DNA of 32,000 nt, from contig NC_002939.5 of the NCBI RefSeq assembly GCF_000007985.2, positions 3,720,001-3,752,000 on the forward strand. The letters run 5' to 3'. Origin of the DNA: Geobacter sulfurreducens PCA. Lineage in GTDB: Bacteria > Desulfobacterota > Desulfuromonadia > Geobacterales > Geobacteraceae. Below the pieces are notes generated by a model. The model searched no databases and was not told the DNA's origin. It saw nothing but the letters and a program-made list of their open reading frames with translations. Below, one piece after another: positions 1 through 8,860 of this stretch; the stretch's first letter is position 1, and each line of letters begins with the position of its first letter. A program made the translations under genes and the position numbers.

Positions 1-952
1 GCAGATCGGAAATGAAGCGGGCTTCGTCCCACACCATCTCCCGCAGCAGCCCGTCGAACCTGTCGGGCAGGTCACGCAGCGCCTGGCGCACCTCCGACGC
101 AAAGTTCTCCGGCTTGCCGGCATAGGCGTGGAGATCGGCATAAACCCGGGCCGTCCGCTCCGGCGTCATCTTCTTCATACCCTTTTTCAGGAGCTTTTCC
201 ACCGGTACCGCAAGGGGGCTTTCCCAGAACCTGGCGAAGCTGGCCTCCGCTTCGGCCACCGCCGGCCCCAGCATCAGGATGTCCCGGTCCCGGAAGGTGT
301 ATTCCTGATCGTAATCGTAGTACTCGTCGGCCATATTGCGCCCGCCCGTGATGCCGACCACCCCGTCGAACAGGGCGGTTTTGTCGTGCATCCGCTGATT
401 TACCGAGCGGAAGCCGGTCACCACATTACCGAGGCGCTTAACCTTCGAGGTCCCCACGGTCATTGTGGGATTGTAGATCCGGATATCGATCCGCGGGTGA
501 CGGGCCAGGGCCAGGAGTGACTCAGGGGGGGCGTCGATCAACAGATCGTCCACCAGCACCCGTACCCTGACCCCGCGCTCCGCCGCCCGCAGCAGGGCTT
601 CCGAGGCCAGGATGCCAATATTGTCAGTGCTCCAGATGAAATACTGGACATCAATGGTCTCCGTGGCGTGGTCGGCAAGCCACGCCCGGGCCAGCAGCGA
701 CTCCTCCCCCTTCTCCAGAACATGAAGGCCCGTTTTCCCGGGATGGGCGTCCAAGAGCGGCTGGATGCTCCGGGACAGGGACGCCCCCTGCGTGACGCCA
801 TCGGGAGCGCCCAGCGCTCCGCCCGGCCCGGGCGTGAGCAGTGCGACGGCAAGGGCCAGCAGCGCGGCGACGGCGAGCTGGAGTTGCCATACGGTTCCCC
901 GCGGTGACTGCTTGGTGTTGCCGAAGGGCATGATCCTCTGCCTGCTTGCCAT
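1..952 (-). CDS. Phospholipase D (HKD) superfamily protein with N-terminal signal/anchor. Only the 5' part is present; the C-terminus runs off the window start.
   Basis: The ORF is open at the window edge, so it is absent from the ORF track. My manual minus-strand translation from ATG 952-950 (in-frame alternative ATG 931-929) reads MASRQRIMPFGNTKQSPRGTVWQLQLAVAALLALAVALLTPGPG...IDVQYFIWSTDNIG...GVRVRVLVDDLLID...FRSVNQRMHDKTALFDGVVGITGGRNMADEYY. This contains the HxK(x4)D(x6)GGxN PLD/cardiolipin-synthase signature at about 330-391. A GGGAGGGAG Shine-Dalgarno-like run lies just upstream of the ATG. Confidence 0.8.
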   Translation of the reverse strand, partial: MASRQRIMPFGNTKQSPRGTVWQLQLAVAALLALAVALLTPGPGGALGAPDGVTQGASLSRSIQPLLDAHPGKTGLHVLEKGEESLLARAWLADHATETIDVQYFIWSTDNIGILASEALLRAAERGVRVRVLVDDLLIDAPPESLLALARHPRIDIRIYNPTMTVGTSKVKRLGNVVTGFRSVNQRMHDKTALFDGVVGITGGRNMADEYYDYDQEYTFRDRDILMLGPAVAEAEASFARFWESPLAVPVEKLLKKGMKKMTPERTARVYADLHAYAGKPENFASEVRQALRDLPDRFDGLLREMVWDEARFISDL

Positions 953-1676
953 CAGTGCTCCCTCCCGCTGGTAGCGCTCACATCTCCTCTGCTCCCCGCC
1001 GGTTCCGCCATGAGCTTCTCGTGCCGATCACCGTCCCGCCGGCCGGCGGGGGGTTGACGTGGTGCCCAACTCCAGCCGGCAACCACACTAAGTACAGGCA
1101 CACAGTTCGGCAGCGTCATGCTTCATGGCCGACGACAGGCTTTCGCGAACTGATCTGGGGAGCATAACCATACTGAATGGCGACTGCTTGCTCGACACCA
1201 TGCCACGGGCCCCTCGCCCGGGGCAAGAAGTAATCACGGTGATCCTGCCTGTCGGAACCGGCTGGATATGCCGGGGACGCTGTCCCGCTCCGCCGTCAAA
1301 CACACACACGCAACAGCAGCACCTCACCGTAGACACAAAAAACACCACTGCATCCCGTACTCGCCGGCGAACCCTCCTTTCCTCAACAACGGCAGTAAGC
1401 CCGCAGCACCCATTGCATAGGGATTTTGCGGGATTTCCCTGGCCGGCAACGGGGATAAAAATGATAATTATGGATATTAAGGGGTTACATTTTCGCTCCA
1501 AACTGTTATTTTATTCTGCCGATAATAACGTATGCTTTTTTCGCTGACATTAAAATTTGTGCCCGCCCACGGCTTCAGGGCAGGTGATAACGCCGTTCTC
1601 GTCGGTTCACTCACGAATAACGAACAAAGGTGTTCGTGGGACTTAAGTACACATTTAGACAGGGGAGGGAAGAGGA

Positions 1677-3533
1677 ATGAGTTATGAACTTCCGAACAAC
1701 GAAAAGCTTCTGAAGTGGGTCGAAGAGGTGGCGATCCTCTGCGAGCCGGACCGCATCCACTGGTGCGACGGTTCCCAGGAGGAGTACGACGAACTCTGCG
1801 AACTGCTGGTGCAAAACGGCACTTTCAGGAAGCTTAATCCGGAAAAGCGTCCCAATAGCTACCTGGCGTGGTCTGATCCCATCGACGTGGCGCGGGTCGA
1901 GGACCGTACGTTTATCTGCAGCCTCTCCAAGCAGGATGCGGGCCCCACGAACAACTGGATGAACCCCAAGGAGATGAAGGAGAAGCTTCTGGGCCTCTTT
2001 AAAGGGTGCATGAAGGGACGGACCATGTATGTCATCCCCTTCAGCATGGGTCCCCTCGGCTCCCCCATTGCCAAGATCGGCGTTGAAATAACCGACTCCC
2101 CCTACGTCGTAGTCAACATGCGAATCATGACCAGAATGGGGAAAAAGGTCCTTGATATCCTCGGCGAACAAGGCGAATTCGTGCCGTGCCTCCACTCGGT
2201 GGGAGCCCCCCTGGAGCAGGGCCAGAAGGACAGCACCTGGCCCTGCAACAAGGAAAAGTACATCGTTCACTTCCCGGAGGAGCGCTCCATCTGGTCCTTC
2301 GGTAGCGGCTACGGCGGCAACGCCCTTCTCGGCAAAAAGTGCCTGGCTCTCCGGATTGCCTCCAAGCAGGGCAAGGACGAGGGATGGCTGGCCGAGCACA
2401 TGCTGATTCTCGGCGTCGAGTCCCCCACCGGTGATAAAACTTACGTCGGCGCGGCCTTCCCCAGCGCCTGCGGCAAAACCAACTTCGCCATGCTGATCCC
2501 GCCCAAACCGCTGCAGGATAAGGGGTGGAAAGTAACCACCATCGGCGACGACATCGCCTGGATCAAGCCGGGACCCGACGGCCAGGTGTACGCCATCAAC
2601 CCCGAATACGGCTACTTCGGGGTCGCCCCCGGCACCAACGTCAAGACCAACCCCAATGCCATGGCCTCTTGCTCCGCCAACACCATCTTCACCAACGTGG
2701 CCCTTACCCCCGATGACGATGTCTGGTGGGAGGGGATGACTGACGAGCCCCCCGCCCAACTCACCGACTGGCAGGGGAACCCCTGGACCCCCGACTGCGG
2801 TCGTCCGGCAGCCCATCCCAATGCCCGCTTCACCTCGCCGGCCAGCCAGTGCCCCTCCATCGACCCGGACTGGGAGAACCCCAAAGGGGTGCCCATGAGC
2901 GCCTTCATCTTCGGCGGGCGCCGCAAAGACACCGTGCCGCTGGTCTATCAGGCATTCAACTGGAGCAATGGCGTCTACCTGGCCGCGACGCTCGGCTCTG
3001 AAACCACCGCCGCTGCCGTGGGCGCCGTGGGCAACGTCCGCCGCGATCCTTTTGCCATGCTGCCGTTCTGCGGCTACCATATGGCCGATTACTTCGGCCA
3101 CTGGCTGCAATTCGGCCGTTCCATCCCGCGTCCGCCGCGGATCTTCAGCGTCAACTGGTTCCGCAAGGACGCCAACGGCAAGTTCATCTGGCCCGGCTAC
3201 GGGGACAACATGAGGGTCCTCAAGTGGATCGTGGAGCGGGTACAGGGCAAAGCAGGCGCCGTTGAATCACCTCTGGGCTGGATGCCCCGCTACGAGGATA
3301 TGGACTGGGACGGTCTGGACATGCCGCGCGAAAAGTTCAACGAGCTGACCTCGGTGGACCGCGACGTCTGGCAGAACGAGCTCATCTCCCACGAAGAGCT
3401 GTTCGTCAAGCTCTTTGACCGGCTCCCCAAGGAGTTCCTCCACATGCGCGAACTGATCCTCTCCAGCCTCTGGCGCTCGCCCGAGCACTGGGAGCAGATC
3501 GGCGACGTTCATCCGGAAGGGTGGAACGAGTAG
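1677..3533 (+). CDS. pckG: Phosphoenolpyruvate carboxykinase (GTP)
   Basis: 618-aa ORF. The N-terminus [40 protein letters not shown] and the internal blocks [19 protein letters not shown] and HPNARFTSP are characteristic of GTP-dependent PEPCK. A purine-rich SD (GGGAGGGAAGAGGA) lies directly upstream of ATG 1677. Confidence 0.95.
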
Positions 3534-3560
3534 CGGCACCACTCCGCTTTCGGGCACACG

Positions 3561-3600
3561 AAAAAGGAGGAGCCGGGATCATCCGGCTCCTCCTTTTTTC
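3561..3600. terminator. Bidirectional rho-independent terminator between convergent pckG and the lipoprotein gene
   Basis: AAAAA-GGAGGAGCCGG (3566-3576), a 6-nt loop, then CCGGCTCCTCC (3583-3593) followed by TTTTTT. This is a perfect 11-bp stem flanked by an A-run and a T-run, so it can terminate on both strands. Confidence 0.8.
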
Positions 3601-3659
3601 GTCTTTCAGCCTCACAGGCGACCAGCAACGACGGCTGCCCTGTCCGCCAAAGGGGCGTG

Positions 3660-4769
3660 TTACTGGTACTGGATATAAATCGGCTGGGGGTGCAGCCTGA
3701 GCACCTCCCGGGGGGTGAGCAGGGGATGCCCCTTCTTGGTGTCGTTGTGATAGAACAGCTTGAAGCCAGTGTACTGGACCGGCTCGGAAACAATGTAATC
3801 TTTGTAGGAATCGCGCTTGAGCCAGGGCGCACCCCAACCGTCCATGTGCATCACGATCTGCACCTCGGGGCGCAGGACGATCTTCTTGGAATTGGTAACC
3901 CCGTTGCGCGTGAACCGATGGACCGTCAGGACCTTAGGGGGCAGATTGTACTTGGTCACCAGATCTTTGAGATAGCCGGACGCATAGTTGATATCAGCCG
4001 CGTCATAGGTTCCGATCTTCTTGCCGGGTTTGGCCTTGCTGGAGATCAGATTGAATTCCGGATCGATTCCCAGGTGAACGTCCGGGTTCTTCAAAATCCA
4101 CTCGAAACGCGGCAGCACCGTCCGGATGTCATCATGGCCGGTCTGGATGTCGATGAACAGAATGGCATTGGCTTCCCGGGCCCAACCGTACACCTGGTTA
4201 ACTATCGCATCCGGCATGACCATCCGGTATTTGCCGTCCTTGCCCGGCTCCCCCTGCGCCACGACGGCGATCAGGTGGAGTGCCGGCTGCACCGGCAGCG
4301 ACGGGTCCGCTTTCTGCCACGCCGCCACCTCGGACTTGAGACGCTGAAGCATCTCATCCTTCGGATAGGCCCCCAGGGCTCCCATCCGCTTGGAGAGTGG
4401 GTTGCCATAGTAGGCAACTATCCTTTTCGATGGAAGAATGGCACCGGGCAGGGTCGGCGGGCACTTCACCGGCCACCCGCACTGACGGGCGAAGTCGGGA
4501 TCTTCGCCAGCTGTGTACTTGACGGCGGGTGTCGCAGCCCGGGCACTGCTTGCCGGCGTGAACGCCGGGGCCGGGGCTGGAAGGACGGCGCTGCTGTAAG
4601 TCTCGGTCTTTACGGCTGCGTCCTTCGGAGAAGACGCCTGGGGCACCGGCTTGTCGGTATCAGCACAGCCTGAGAGTCCAAGAAGAACGGCAACAACGAC
4701 AAAACACACCTGGGGAGGGAAAACGCGGGACGGTACGAACGAATTGAGAAATTTCACGCAATGCTCCAT
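3660..4769 (-). CDS. Lipoprotein of unknown function: Pro/Ala/Ser linker plus a ~290-aa conserved-looking globular domain
   Basis: The track ORF is 3660..4814. I prefer ATG 4769, which gives MEHCVKFLNSFVPSRVFPPQVCFVVVAVLLGLSG|C with an n-region, an h-region and an LSGC lipobox. The GTG at 4814 would put 50 residues before the Cys. The C-terminal domain has blocks VAYYGNP, LFIDIQTGH, HLGIDPEF and VMHMDGWG, which I cannot assign to a named family. It is possibly a TIM-barrel hydrolase-like fold, but that is a guess. Confidence 0.75.
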   Translation of the reverse strand: MEHCVKFLNSFVPSRVFPPQVCFVVVAVLLGLSGCADTDKPVPQASSPKDAAVKTETYSSAVLPAPAPAFTPASSARAATPAVKYTAGEDPDFARQCGWPVKCPPTLPGAILPSKRIVAYYGNPLSKRMGALGAYPKDEMLQRLKSEVAAWQKADPSLPVQPALHLIAVVAQGEPGKDGKYRMVMPDAIVNQVYGWAREANAILFIDIQTGHDDIRTVLPRFEWILKNPDVHLGIDPEFNLISSKAKPGKKIGTYDAADINYASGYLKDLVTKYNLPPKVLTVHRFTRNGVTNSKKIVLRPEVQIVMHMDGWGAPWLKRDSYKDYIVSEPVQYTGFKLFYHNDTKKGHPLLTPREVLRLHPQPIYIQYQ

Positions 4770-4778
4770 CGACGTAGC

Positions 4779-4811
4779 AAATAAAAGCCACAGAAGGTGA
4801 CTTCTGTGGCT
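4779..4811 (-). terminator. Terminator-like hairpin plus U-tract immediately upstream of the lipoprotein ATG. Its role is ambiguous: leader attenuator, or end of an upstream minus-strand transcript.
   Basis: The minus strand reads AGCCACAGAAG-TCAC-CTTCTGTGGCT followed by TTTTATTT. The stem is a perfect 11 bp (4786-4796 / 4801-4811), and the U-run corresponds to plus-strand 4779-4785. Confidence 0.45.
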
Positions 4812-4825
4812 CACAAACTACGTAC

Positions 4826-4834
4826 CTTATACCA
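4826..4834 (-). promoter_or_regulatory. Candidate extended -10 element (TGgTATAAG) for the lipoprotein gene
   Basis: The minus strand reads AATAATGGTATAAGGTACG. The TGn-TATAAG form also recurs at three other putative promoters in this window (4996-5004, 6171-6179, 12319-12327). I found no strong -35. Confidence 0.3.
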
Positions 4835-4974
4835 TTATTGATGACTGATTGGGAATGGAATTATCAAAGCCCTGTGTTGTAACTGCTGCCGCTTGCCCGA
4901 CCAGGCACCCCGAGGCCGCCCCATCCCCACGCCCGCGACACTGCCCCCTCCGGCAAGTGAGCGCGTCATTTTTA

Positions 4975-5004
4975 TTGACATCGTCGCTGAGCGTGTGGTA
5001 CAAA
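4975..5004 (+). promoter_or_regulatory. Sigma-70-type promoter for tRNA-Asn
   Basis: TTGACA (4975-4980), an 18-nt spacer, then TACAAA (4999-5004) preceded by TG (extended -10). An A/T-rich UP-like CATTTTTA lies just upstream. The predicted ~75-nt leader contains two short hairpins before the tRNA. Confidence 0.5.
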
Positions 5005-5083
5005 GGCCTTCGCTTTTCATCCTTGAGCGTCAACGCGACGGGATGAAACAACTCGTGACCAAAAGATCACGAGGCTCATACAT

Positions 5084-5159
5084 TCCCCAATAGCTCAGTC
5101 GGTAGAGCGGGTGGCTGTTAACCACCATGTCCCTGGTTCGAGTCCGGGTTGGGGAGCCA
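5084..5159 (+). tRNA. tRNA-Asn (anticodon GTT), CCA encoded
   Basis: The acceptor stem TCCCCAA pairs with TTGGGGA. D-arm is AGCTCAGTCGGTAGAGC. The anticodon stem-loop is GGTGG-CTGTTAA-CCACC with GTT centred. T-arm is GGTTCGAGTCC, and the 3' end is GCCA. Confidence 0.93.
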
Positions 5160-5167
5160 TACTAACC

Positions 5168-5207
5168 ATGGCCGATCGTCTCATGATGATCGGCCATTTT
5201 CTTTTCC
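5168..5207 (+). terminator. Rho-independent terminator after tRNA-Asn
   Basis: ATGGCCGATC (5168-5177) pairs with GATCGGCCAT (5188-5197), followed by TTTTCTTTTCC. Confidence 0.7.
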
Positions 5208-5273
5208 ATTGCACAGCCGCCCACTGACGTGCGTTGCAGCCCCATGCCATTAGGCGGTCGAGCCGCTTCGACG

Positions 5274-6107
5274 TCAAGTGCCCTTGTCGCAACAGCCGCC
5301 CCGTCCGAAAACCGCTTCCCCCCTCCCGCTCTTTCGGTATTCCGCCGGCGTTAGCCCCACGACACGCCGGAACATAGCAATGAAGGCCGACGCGCTCCCG
5401 TAGCCGAAATACGCCGCAATCGCCTGAACCGTCATTCCCTCTTCGAGCAGCGACATTGCCTTTACGACTCGCAGTCGCTGTCTCCATTCCGCAAACGACA
5501 TGCCGAGCTCCCGCTGACACCGGCGCATGACCGTACGCTCCGTAGAACCGGCCAGGCTGACGAGTTCTGACAGAGGTCGGTTGTCGCCCGGATGCTCTTC
5601 CATCGCCCGAAGGATGGGACCGAGGACCGGATCGTCGGAGGTGGGGAGATAGGAGCCGGCACGCTCCGCTGCCGCCAGTTGGTCGACAAGGACCCGCATG
5701 AGGCGGGCCTCTTCGTCCGTCGTCGACAGCCCCGGCGGATACTGTCGCAGGTGATCGAGGATCGACCGCATGAGCGGCCGGACGGTGACCGCGCAGACAG
5801 CGGCAGGGAGAGTGCTGCACAAACCGCGCTCCACATAGAGGGAGCAGTGGCATGCTTCATGGCGATTGAGCCCCACATGCTCGACATCCGGAGGCAGCCA
5901 GATCCCGTAGTGGGGTGGAGCCAGGTAGTGGTGGCCGGCAATTTTAACCTCCATGACGCCGCTGAAGGAGTAGACGAATTCACCCCAAGGGTGCCGGTGC
6001 CGGGGATATGAGGCATGGGCCGGCACGGTAGCTGACCGGAAGAAGATCGGCGCGGGCAGCTCATTGGTGAATGGCGGGGTCTGCGTGCGGACAGAGTTCG
6101 AAGGCAT
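5274..6107 (-). CDS. AraC family transcriptional regulator (N-terminal cupin-type sensor plus C-terminal AraC HTH)
   Basis: The track ORF is 5274..6176. I prefer ATG 6107 (MPSNSVRTQTPPF...), which has a GGGAG SD about 8 nt upstream. The cupin-like block is HRHPWGEFVYSFSGVMEVKIAGHHYLAPPHYGIWLPPDVEH. The AraC HTH region is LSELVSLAGSTERTVMRRCQRELGMSFAEWRQRLRVVKAMSLL...IAAYFGYGSASAFIAMFRRVVGLTPAEYRK. Confidence 0.87.
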   Translation of the reverse strand: MPSNSVRTQTPPFTNELPAPIFFRSATVPAHASYPRHRHPWGEFVYSFSGVMEVKIAGHHYLAPPHYGIWLPPDVEHVGLNRHEACHCSLYVERGLCSTLPAAVCAVTVRPLMRSILDHLRQYPPGLSTTDEEARLMRVLVDQLAAAERAGSYLPTSDDPVLGPILRAMEEHPGDNRPLSELVSLAGSTERTVMRRCQRELGMSFAEWRQRLRVVKAMSLLEEGMTVQAIAAYFGYGSASAFIAMFRRVVGLTPAEYRKSGRGEAVFGRGGCCDKGT

Positions 6108-6170
6108 TGCTCTGCTCCCTTGATCAACCGGAACTGTTGCGGACGGCAGTGGCAAGTAAACGTCATCTAT

Positions 6171-6213
6171 TGGCATAATTTCACTATATCCATAGTTTCA
6201 GCCAAAGGATATA
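6171..6213 (+). promoter_or_regulatory. Candidate promoter and operator in the AraC/EamA divergent region
   Basis: Extended -10 TGGCATAAT (6171-6179). Inverted repeat TATATCC (6185-6191), N15, GGATATA (6207-6213), lying between the predicted TSS and the EamA ATG at 6247. Confidence 0.3.
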
Positions 6214-6246
6214 CTTTTTTGCGGATTCGCTACCACGAGGAGCTGT

Positions 6247-7212
6247 ATGGACTCACGCAAAGCACTGGACGGGTTGGCCGTCACCCTGATGATCATTCTC
6301 TGCCTGACCTGGGGACTTCAGCAGGTGGCATTGAAGGCAACGTCGGCCGAAATAGCACCCTTGATGCAAATAGCCATTCGCTCCGGGATATCGGCGCTGC
6401 TGGTCGGCATCATGATGGCTGTCCGGGGAGAGCGGTTGTCACTGGCAGGGGGGATGTGGCGGCCCGGGTTAGCGGTCGGATTCCTGTTTGCCCTGGAATA
6501 TCTGCTGGTCGGAGAGGGGCTGCGGCACACGACGGCGTCTCACATGGTAATTTTCCTGTACACCGCGCCCGTGTTCGCTGCCATTGGACTCCACCTGAAG
6601 CTCCGCTCCGAGCGGCTGAGGCCGGTCCAGTGGTTCGGGATTGCATTGGCGTTCGGCGGGATTGTGGTGAGCTTTTACGGTCGGGGCGGGCACACGGCCT
6701 CACTGTCGGTGGCGAGCGTCATCTGGGGAGACGTCCTGGGGCTTGCCGCCGGGATGGCGTGGGGCATGACAACGGTCGTGATCCGCACCTCGCGCCTGGC
6801 CGCCTGCTCTGCGACCCAAACGCTCCTGTTCCAGCTCCTGGGGGCCTTCATCCTGCTGCTGCCAGCTGCGGCAGTCCTCGACCAGACATATTTCAACCCG
6901 ACACGCCTAGGCTGGGCATGCCTCATCTTTCAGACACTGATCGTATCATTCGCCAGCTTCCTGGTCTGGTTCTGGCTGCTGCGCCACTACGTCGCGTCGC
7001 GGCTCGGGGTTCTCTCGTTCATGACGCCGCTCTTCGGGGTAGCGCTGGGGGCCTGGCTTCTGAACGAGCCGCTTGAGCGCGGGTTTCTCGCCGGCGCGCT
7101 GCTCGTCCTGACCGGCATCATCCTTGTCTCCGGCCATGGCTGGTTGAGGCAACTGGGGAACGGCGCCGGCGCCGCTGTTCAGGAACAAGCCCGGGAACCG
7201 GATCTGCCGTAG
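6247..7212 (+). CDS. DMT superfamily (EamA-type) permease
   Basis: 321-aa ORF with about 10 hydrophobic segments and an internally duplicated EamA-like layout. The N-terminus is MDSRKALDGLAVTLMIILCLTWGLQQVALKATSAEIAPLMQIAIRSGISALLV. It is divergent from an AraC regulator, which is a common pairing. SD is GAGGAG. Confidence 0.85.
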   Translation: MDSRKALDGLAVTLMIILCLTWGLQQVALKATSAEIAPLMQIAIRSGISALLVGIMMAVRGERLSLAGGMWRPGLAVGFLFALEYLLVGEGLRHTTASHMVIFLYTAPVFAAIGLHLKLRSERLRPVQWFGIALAFGGIVVSFYGRGGHTASLSVASVIWGDVLGLAAGMAWGMTTVVIRTSRLAACSATQTLLFQLLGAFILLLPAAAVLDQTYFNPTRLGWACLIFQTLIVSFASFLVWFWLLRHYVASRLGVLSFMTPLFGVALGAWLLNEPLERGFLAGALLVLTGIILVSGHGWLRQLGNGAGAAVQEQAREPDLP

Positions 7213-7283
7213 GGCTGCTGGCCTCTCGCGGGTCGCCGCGGCCTGGTGCTCCGCCGACTGCAACCACCCCTCAGCCCGCATCG

Positions 7284-7913
7284 TCACATGCGCTGGCCGT
7301 GGTCTTTCGGGCCGGCTGGCCGGCTCCGTTCAAGATTCCACTCGTCCCATTCGTCGGGGGGATCAAGTGGGGTCAGTTCAGTGGAGCCCTCCTCCAGATA
7401 CCAGGATGTACCCCCTTCGATCCGTGTCGTGCCGCCGGCCGTTTCAGCCAGAACGTTCCCCTTCAGAACGTCCACTTGGACCGCGTCACCTTCGTCGGCC
7501 AATGCTACACGAAAAGTAGTCCGTGCCCGGGGCTGGAGGGACCCGAAAGGGGTTTCCACCTCCATCTCGGGCTTGCCGCTGGGGTACACACCATAGAGAT
7601 CGCCGGCGACCATGAAAAACTGGGCATTGTCCCGATCCAGCACAAGGACGTCCACAACCGAAAACTCGTCCAGGCGGATCGCCCCGCCATTGCGAAGCGA
7701 CACCTCCACCCGCCCTCCTTCGGCAACCCAGAGCTGATCGCCCTCGGCCAGCGGCATCCCCCTGTCGGCCGCAACCCACTCCTCCACGTCCTCGTACTTG
7801 ACGAACACCTCGCCGGCCACGAACGTAAGCTCGGCGTCACGGGAGTCTGCTCCCGGCGAGTGGAAGGGAAGCAGGATGATTGCAACGGCACACAGAAAAC
7901 CGACCAGTTTCAT
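7284..7913 (-). CDS. Secreted FecR-domain protein (no anti-sigma N-terminal domain)
   Basis: 209-aa ORF with a GGAGG SD about 6 nt upstream of ATG 7913. Signal peptide is MKLVGFLCAVAIILLPFHSPGA. The body (FVAGEVFVKYEDVEEWVAADRGMPLAEGDQLWVAEGGRVEVSLRNGGAIRLDEFS) resembles the FecR-type beta-sandwich domain from memory. The C-terminal tail is acidic and Trp-containing. Confidence 0.7.
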   Translation of the reverse strand: MKLVGFLCAVAIILLPFHSPGADSRDAELTFVAGEVFVKYEDVEEWVAADRGMPLAEGDQLWVAEGGRVEVSLRNGGAIRLDEFSVVDVLVLDRDNAQFFMVAGDLYGVYPSGKPEMEVETPFGSLQPRARTTFRVALADEGDAVQVDVLKGNVLAETAGGTTRIEGGTSWYLEEGSTELTPLDPPDEWDEWNLERSRPAGPKDHGQRM

Positions 7914-7943
7914 GAATGCCTCCGGAAAGCGCTATGCCGCCGG

Positions 7944-8852
7944 CTACGGGCGGCGTCCCACCGTGTTCCGGGCCGAAACCCGCGTGAATATGTAGAGTCC
8001 CGCAAAGATCAGGGAACCGCCGGCAACCTGCCGGAGCGTGGGACTCTCGCCGAGGAACAGGGAGGCCCAGACGATGGCCCCGATGGGCTCACCGAGGATG
8101 CTCACAGATACCACCGACGCCTGCACATAGCGCAGGACCCAGTTGAAAACTGTGTGCCCGAGTACGGTGCAGACCGCGGCAAGGGCAAAAAACAACAGCC
8201 AGTCGAGGGGGGGATAGGGATGGCACGGCGTCCGGCTAAGGAAACTGGCGGAGACGAGAACAAGAGAGGAAGCGCCATAGGTGACGAAGGTATAGCCCGA
8301 CAACTCCACGTTCCCCCGAAGCTTTCTGCCGATGAGGAGATAGCCTGAGACAAAGACCGCGGCGGCCAGGGCGAGGAGATCTCCCACAAAGGCACGCATA
8401 CCCAGCTGGAAATCACCTGCGCCGATGACGATGCTGCCGCACAGGGCCACCACTCCTCCCAGCAAGGCCAGCCGAGGTACTTTCTCGCGGAAGAAGAGCC
8501 ACGCGCCGACCACCACGAAAACCGGCTGCATGGTAACGATGACGACCGAGCTGGCCACGCTGGTGTAAAAAAGGGAGGTGAACCAGGTAACGAAGTGGAG
8601 GGCGAGAAACACGCCACTGGCTGCCGAGAGAGCGATTTCCCGGCGCGACATGGAGCGCACTCCGCTGAAGCGGGAAGCCGCCGTGGCCGGCGCCAGCAGC
8701 AGAAAAGTAAACAGGAGTCGGTAGGTGGCGATGATGAGGGGAGGGGCCGTGGTGAGACGCACGAAGAGCGCGGAGAACGAAACGGCAAAAACCCCCACCA
8801 GGACTGCCAGGTAGGGGTTTATGATCGGTCTGCTCTGGGGTGTCGTTGTCAC
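7944..8852 (-). CDS. DMT superfamily (EamA-type) permease
   Basis: 302-aa ORF with a GTG start 8 nt after the livF stop codon. It has about 10 TM segments. The N-terminus is MTTTPQSRPIINPYLAVLVGVFAVSFSALFVRLTTAPPLIIATYRLLFTFLLLAP, typical of the EamA duplication. Confidence 0.85.
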   Translation of the reverse strand: MTTTPQSRPIINPYLAVLVGVFAVSFSALFVRLTTAPPLIIATYRLLFTFLLLAPATAASRFSGVRSMSRREIALSAASGVFLALHFVTWFTSLFYTSVASSVVIVTMQPVFVVVGAWLFFREKVPRLALLGGVVALCGSIVIGAGDFQLGMRAFVGDLLALAAAVFVSGYLLIGRKLRGNVELSGYTFVTYGASSLVLVSASFLSRTPCHPYPPLDWLLFFALAAVCTVLGHTVFNWVLRYVQASVVSVSILGEPIGAIVWASLFLGESPTLRQVAGGSLIFAGLYIFTRVSARNTVGRRP

Positions 8853-8860
8853 ACGAATCC

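Noticed and set aside
96-113. GACGCAAAGTTCTCCGGC resembles the GACGCAAAGCC-CCGG core of GEMM-I (c-di-GMP/cGAMP) riboswitches, which are frequent in Geobacter.
   Set aside because: It lies inside, and antisense to, the PLD coding region. The required upstream GGCAAA...GAAA tetraloop-receptor half is missing, and no downstream gene exists on that strand.
1611-3110. A 499-aa minus-strand ORF overlapping pckG.
   Set aside because: It is an antisense shadow of the unambiguous PEPCK gene, with a low-complexity G/A/V/H-rich translation and no start context.
5084-5207. tRNA-Asn as a possible genomic-island integration site, with the AraC/EamA pair next to it.
   Set aside because: There is no integrase, no phage or mobile gene, no visible direct repeat of the tRNA 3' end elsewhere in the window, and no compositional break.
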